A stretch of DNA of 63,778 nucleotides, counting the filler, from Octopus bimaculoides (Eukaryota): the NCBI RefSeq assembly GCF_001194135.2. It is 6 parts of 5 records of this genome, joined end to end, with 100 filler letters (N's around TTAATTAATTAA, not from the genome) between each part and the next. Parts side by side here need not be neighbours in the genome. Positions count along the whole stretch, not along the records: positions 62,710 to 63,778 come from NW_026349671.1; 5 more parts are not named here. One strand, given 5' to 3'. The translations under genes were made by a program, and so were the position numbers. Positions 63,271 to 63,778 of this stretch are shown in pieces (position 1 is the stretch's first letter; every line of letters starts with the position of its first letter). The notes below the pieces were generated by a model. It worked only from the letters and a program-made list of their open reading frames with translations, searched no databases and was not told the origin of the DNA.

Positions 63271-63778
63271 AAAGGCTAAGCTTATAAGAATAGTCTTTCC
63301 TGGCACCTCCAGCCTTTAGTACCCTCATACATAACGCTGGCCCTGTTAGTGTGCAGATCTTAGAATCAAAAGTTTTATAGCATGTATTTCAATTTTACTG
63401 CAGACATTATTTATCATTACTTCTGTATAACCATCAAGGGTTGTTGACAGCATCTTAGATTTGCGGCATATTTTTGTTCTAATAGCCTATAAGATGCCAT
63501 TCTGTGGCTGATCAATTACTGTATTTATATGTGTAAGATGCACTATTTTATCCTTGATGTAACTGAGAAAACTAAGGTATAACTTATATATGGGGCAAAG
63601 CTTAAACTATGAAGGGAAAAAAATTTCATAACAATGTTTAACACTAAATTAGGGGTGTGATTTATATATATAACTGACTGGACTAGTAAAGAAAACTATG
63701 TAAAGTACATTGCCTAAGGGCATAATGTGCAATCAGTCCAGGAATCAAAAACTGTGTTTACAATTTTGAGTCCAACAT

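Noticed and set aside
62141-63778. NKX2-1 homeobox exon
   Set aside because: No RRKRRVLF/WFQNHRY-type sequence in any frame; it must lie outside the window or in a gap.

Overview
AT-rich, microsatellite- and SINE-dense metazoan genomic DNA with many N gaps. The repeat families point to a coleoid cephalopod, most likely Octopus (inference). Two protein-coding genes can be supported. (1) Exon 1 of an NK2.1/NKX2-1 homeobox gene lies on the + strand (61807-62140); the homeobox exon is not in the window. (2) A histidine acid phosphatase of the ACP2/ACPP type lies on the - strand and is almost invisible in the ORF track. Six of its exons were reconstructed (51426-51509, 49774-49920, 44349-44441, 42109-42195, 39119-39242, 35968-36056); the RHGxRxP and HD catalytic exons were not found. 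The rest is mostly mobile DNA: tRNA-derived SINEs, Tx1, RTE, R4/Dong, CR1 and Penelope remnants, a mariner, and several MITEs, plus a degenerate 5S rRNA copy. Five artificial 44N-TTAATTAATTAA-44N joins split the window into six pieces whose order is unproven. The most interesting leads are: a Tx1-like LINE whose copies sit in GATA/TATC-type repeats and share a 3' tail with a SINE; a 5S-SINE fusion with no Pol III terminator; several hammerhead-ribozyme-like motifs; and a CpG-decay mosaic that switches at the assembly joins, leaving NKX2-1 exon 1 as a CpG-rich island inside DNA resembling a methylated gene body. All family assignments come from motif recognition, not database searches.
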